From Plasmodiophora brassicae (Eukaryota), in the NCBI GenBank assembly GCA_036867785.1, contig CP145410.1, positions 1,178,001-1,242,000 of the forward strand: a DNA stretch of 64,000 bases, written 5' to 3'. Position numbers and translations under genes: made by a program. Under the pieces are notes generated by a model. It was not told the DNA's origin. It saw only the letters and a list, made by a program, of their open reading frames with translations, and did no database searches. The stretch's first letter is position 1. Every line of letters starts with the position of its first letter. This document shows positions 60,176 through 64,000 of the stretch, piece after piece.

Positions 60176-63100
60176 ATGACGGCAGCGTCGGTTGTGCGGC
60201 TGGCGTTGCCATTACGGGGTACGGCGTGCTGGTTGCCAGGTGTTGACGTGAATGGGCGCGGTGACGGACAATGCCCGCCGACAGGGTTCGCTGGAAGTGT
60301 TCATGACAGGTGCTCGCCCGGTGTCCCGGTTGTCGTATCATCGGTGACCGACGCGACCCTGTGCATGAAGTGCGCGCGTCGGTCGCTGGAATCGCCTGCA
60401 ACGTCGTTTGCCCAGAAGAAGCGTCTCGTGTCGGACCTGAAGATCGTAGGGTTGCTGTACTCCAAGAGGCGAATGCGGTAACCGGGCCGTGACGCAGGTC
60501 GCCAGCTCGACGGCAGCGTGTACTCGCCTGTGGACGGACGGGACAATGTGGGCGTCCATCCCCATGGTATTGCATGGAGGTAACCACGACTTGTTGTGGA
60601 CGCGTTTTGATGAATGCTTAGTTCTTCATGTCTCCCCAGTTGTTATTCGCTCGAAGGCTCCAATTGATGCCCCCTTTGCCGAGGATATTCTCGACCTCAT
60701 CGAGGCGATACTCGTGTGCTGTCCTTGCGAGCCACAATTACTCAAGACACTCGAGGGACTCCTTGAGCAGCCCATTGGCTGCTTCGAAAGCGTGCCTCTA
60801 ACGTCGTTCATCGAGTGCCTTGCACTGCGGGGCTTGATATTTATCTTTCGGCTGCTTGGTGGCTCGTCGGTTGCCCTTCCAATTAGCACCGAGCGTCGTC
60901 TCCAGCAAATTGTCTCAGCCTGTATCGACTGGCGGTTGCCCGTGGAGACACAAGCCGCATCCTGCACTCTTCTCAAAGGCATCCTGTCAGTCCAGAGTGC
61001 ATCTCAGGCTCAAAGACCGGTTGCCTCTCTTGCCACCGACTCCAATTTCATTGACGCGTTTGGCCGAGTTTCCCACAGCGCCACACGGCAACTGATCCTG
61101 GAATGTGTCGTGTCTCTTATCGACATAGCGGGGTCACTTCCAGATCAAGTCGTCATCGAGTATTGCAAGGCACTGGAGATAACGCTTTTAAGCGTCGACG
61201 TAGCACAAACAGTTCGTTGACTCGTTCATAGGAGACAGAGCTATCAGATCTAATTCGCCCTTCTGACCAGGAATACAGCGTGGTTGCCCTCGCCAACATC
61301 GTCGCGATGTCACCCCAGGCCTGCATTATTTCGACCAACGCATGCGAGTACCTGATACAGTGCTTGACTCGGGCACTGTCTCTGTCTTCCCACGCCTGCG
61401 GAGCGATACTCGGATCCATTGTCCTCTTCTCGAACTTGCCGCATTTCTCGGCTAATGCCACTGCAGGTTTGGTGTGAAGGATTCCTTAGTAGCACCAACT
61501 CTTACGGCCTTGTGTAGCCATAACTGCTCTTGCAGAGCAGCTAAGAAACTGGGTTCTCTGCGATGCTTTCGGCCTTGCTGAGCGGTGCATTCAAGTAACT
61601 GAGTACAGCGTTTCGTCTGAAACTATCCAACAGTGGTCTCACGTGCGCTGTAGGCCTTATCTGAAGTTGTCTGTAACTGCGATTCCCGAATCATGACCTC
61701 GGTTCGAGGTGACGATGTATTTGATTCGATCATGAGATGCACCGATGCTGCCGTAAGTGCAACCGCTCTTCTCCCGTCAACCCGAGAATGGCTTCTGAAG
61801 ATGCTTGCCCACATCCTTGATGGTTTGCTTCGCTGCATCGTAAATGGTTAACGATTAGCTAATCCTTTCGTAAGATTACTGCCCGTCCAGATCCGCTCAG
61901 GATTCGATCAACAGCATTCTCTTCACTGTCTGGAATGCGCTTATCGCCGAAGATGAAGCAAATGTGGCAGATATCCTTTCTCTGTGCTGCAAACTCCTTC
62001 AAAACATGGTCGCGATGTGGCACGCGGACGGCTCTTTGCGTTTCGTCCTATCGTTCTGCGAAGAGCAACTTGTTCCTTTAATGGCACTGGTAATGTGAAG
62101 CGTACCGAAAGCGAAAGTGGAATGACTATGGACGTTTAGAGGCCATCCTGGGCAACCTTGGAATTCTACGATTCTGCTTTCGCATTCCTGGTGTCGACCA
62201 TGAACAGAGTTCCGCTAGAGACGGCACAGCTACTCGACAATTTAAAGATCGCAGGAATATTCGATATCGTGAACGAGCTCGTCGAGTTTGAAACGGTTCA
62301 AACTGGCTTGCAGGTCCGGTGAGTGGTATTCAAGGTTTGTACGCGCAACTAACGTTTGCTGCTTTGCAGGAATTCGTAATATGGTCGCTCTGTTCATCGC
62401 CACCATTCAAGGACGATGATACCGCTCCGGATTCTTGGAAGTCACGATTCCCTACTCTGGCCTCTCGTACGGCTCATCTCCATGTGCCCGCCCCGACTGT
62501 CTGATCTAAGGCCAGAACCGTCGCATAGTTGGCATTTCGAGGATTTGCGGCGTTCTGCCAACGTGTTCGTCTCTGCCTGATGTTGTGCCATATTGCACCA
62601 TGCTAGTTCATCGGATGCGATCATTGACCGCAATGCCGGCTTCCACTCTTCAGACAGCCATTGCTGCGATATCGTCCATACTGGCGCGAATCGACAGGCT
62701 ACTTCAGCGTGAACAGCCCGTTACTTCTTATGATGTCGCCCTCAACGTTGCTGTACGCTGTGTTCTCGGTGTTGCCCATCTTCAACGTGTCGCGGGAGAT
62801 GACATCGTCTTCGCTACATCGAGCAGCGGTGGTCTGGTACTGCATTCACTAGGTAGGAGTAGGGCCTTTGCGTTTCAAACAACTGGCACGATTGCATCAT
62901 GATTCTAGAGTGCATCGTTTTATATCTTATCAAGGCGGTCCCGTGCTTCGAGGAGCTGTCGATGTGTACGATGGTGTGGTCCTGGTTGTGGTCTTCAAGC
63001 GTCCAGATGCGGCAATCGTTAATCGAGCTTACTGCCAACTGCCCTAGTGTAGAGTGCGATCGCCTGCTGTCTCTTGTCGTCGTCTCCGTTTCGCCTATGC

Positions 63101-64000
63101 TGTCTGTGGTTGAATGCCTGGCTTGCTTCAGGAGCCATCCGTGCCTGCACTATCTTCTGCAACAAATCGTCTCACGAACCTGTGAGGTTACCCGCACCGA
63201 CCACCTGATGTCACTGTTTGGTACGACCCTCGTCGTATGCGATTTCCTTTGCCTGATCATTCGGCGCAGGCGCTGACCTTACGACGCACGACGTTGAAAC
63301 GCTCCTGGTTCTGCAACGGCTTGGAGTTGTCAACAAGGCCTTCTTCGAGGATCACGTAATTGATTTAATTTCATTTCCGCGTGTGGGCGACCTCCAGTTC
63401 AGCAGCACCTGCGCCCTAGTTTGTTCGCTCGTTCCCGGGTCCCGCGGCATCGTCGATGATCGGCTTCAATCTCTCGTATGGGATTTGTTCCCAGCAACCC
63501 TTGCGGCCGACGACGCGGACAGTTTCTCCAATCTGCTGTACGTGAAGGCCGATCTGATTCGAATTGGATCAGGACAAGGCGATGCAGATTCTGAAACTGC
63601 ACAGCTGCGAGAATGGGCAAGTGCATACCCACCTCTGCAGCCTGCCACGTTCGCCATTACAGCTGCCCGAATAAGCCATGGTTCTGTTGGAGTTCGCTCG
63701 CCGGCTGTTCAGCGGATGCTGCACGCCGCCGTTTCCAATGTCCTCGGGCCGCACGGCTGTCTCGATGCAGTGCTGCTCGTGGGTGCCGCTATTGTCAGGC
63801 TTGGTATGGTGCCTGGCAGTATTCAACCTTGGGTAGAGACCGCATCGCAACATATGATGCTGTCGACGCTCGCTGGCCCCGGTCGCACAATGGTACCTCT
63901 TCCCCAGCTTGCCCTTCTGGCACTGTTCTGGCACTTTGAGATGCCACCCCCGCTCAGATCCGTCGTTCGCGACACGCTTCGGTCTGTCGAACCCGTCGCC
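60176..64000 (+). CDS. Large ARM/HEAT-like protein, probable MEI1/PRD1 homolog; runs off the window end
   Basis: LCMKCARRSLESPATSFAQKKRLVSDL and spliced ITLLSVDETE resemble recalled MEI1 motifs; many short introns; start uncertain. Confidence 0.55.

Overview
Gene-dense eukaryotic genomic DNA with about 31 genes, short GT-AG introns (mostly about 45-70 nt) and very short intergenic spacers. IFT56 implies a flagellated stage. The overall style suggests a phytomyxid such as Plasmodiophora, but this is inference only. Recognisable housekeeping genes: TRAPPC6, SIN3, formin, IFT56, NOP14, VPS36, CTL transporter, P4-ATPase, CaMKK, CCCH protein, TOM40, Acinus, PRP31, DNAJC21, kinesin and MOCS2B, plus several secreted or surface proteins. 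Highlights: (1) a secreted Gly/Ala/Ser protein with a hidden, exact 59-residue periodicity; (2) a ~300-nt G.U-rich rod-like RNA structure between two divergent genes; (3) a TIPE/TNFAIP8 + Zn motif + RGS fusion protein; (4) a 674-bp hAT element with TIRs, 8-bp TSD, BED finger and palindromic subterminal repeats; (5) a catalytically degenerate Crinkler-type NTPase-REase; (6) a probable MEI1/PRD1 homolog; (7) a five-GYF protein, a CaaX-tailed mini-kinesin and a recurring CTACAT promoter motif. Gene boundaries were inferred by eye, and all homology calls come from recalled motifs rather than database searches.
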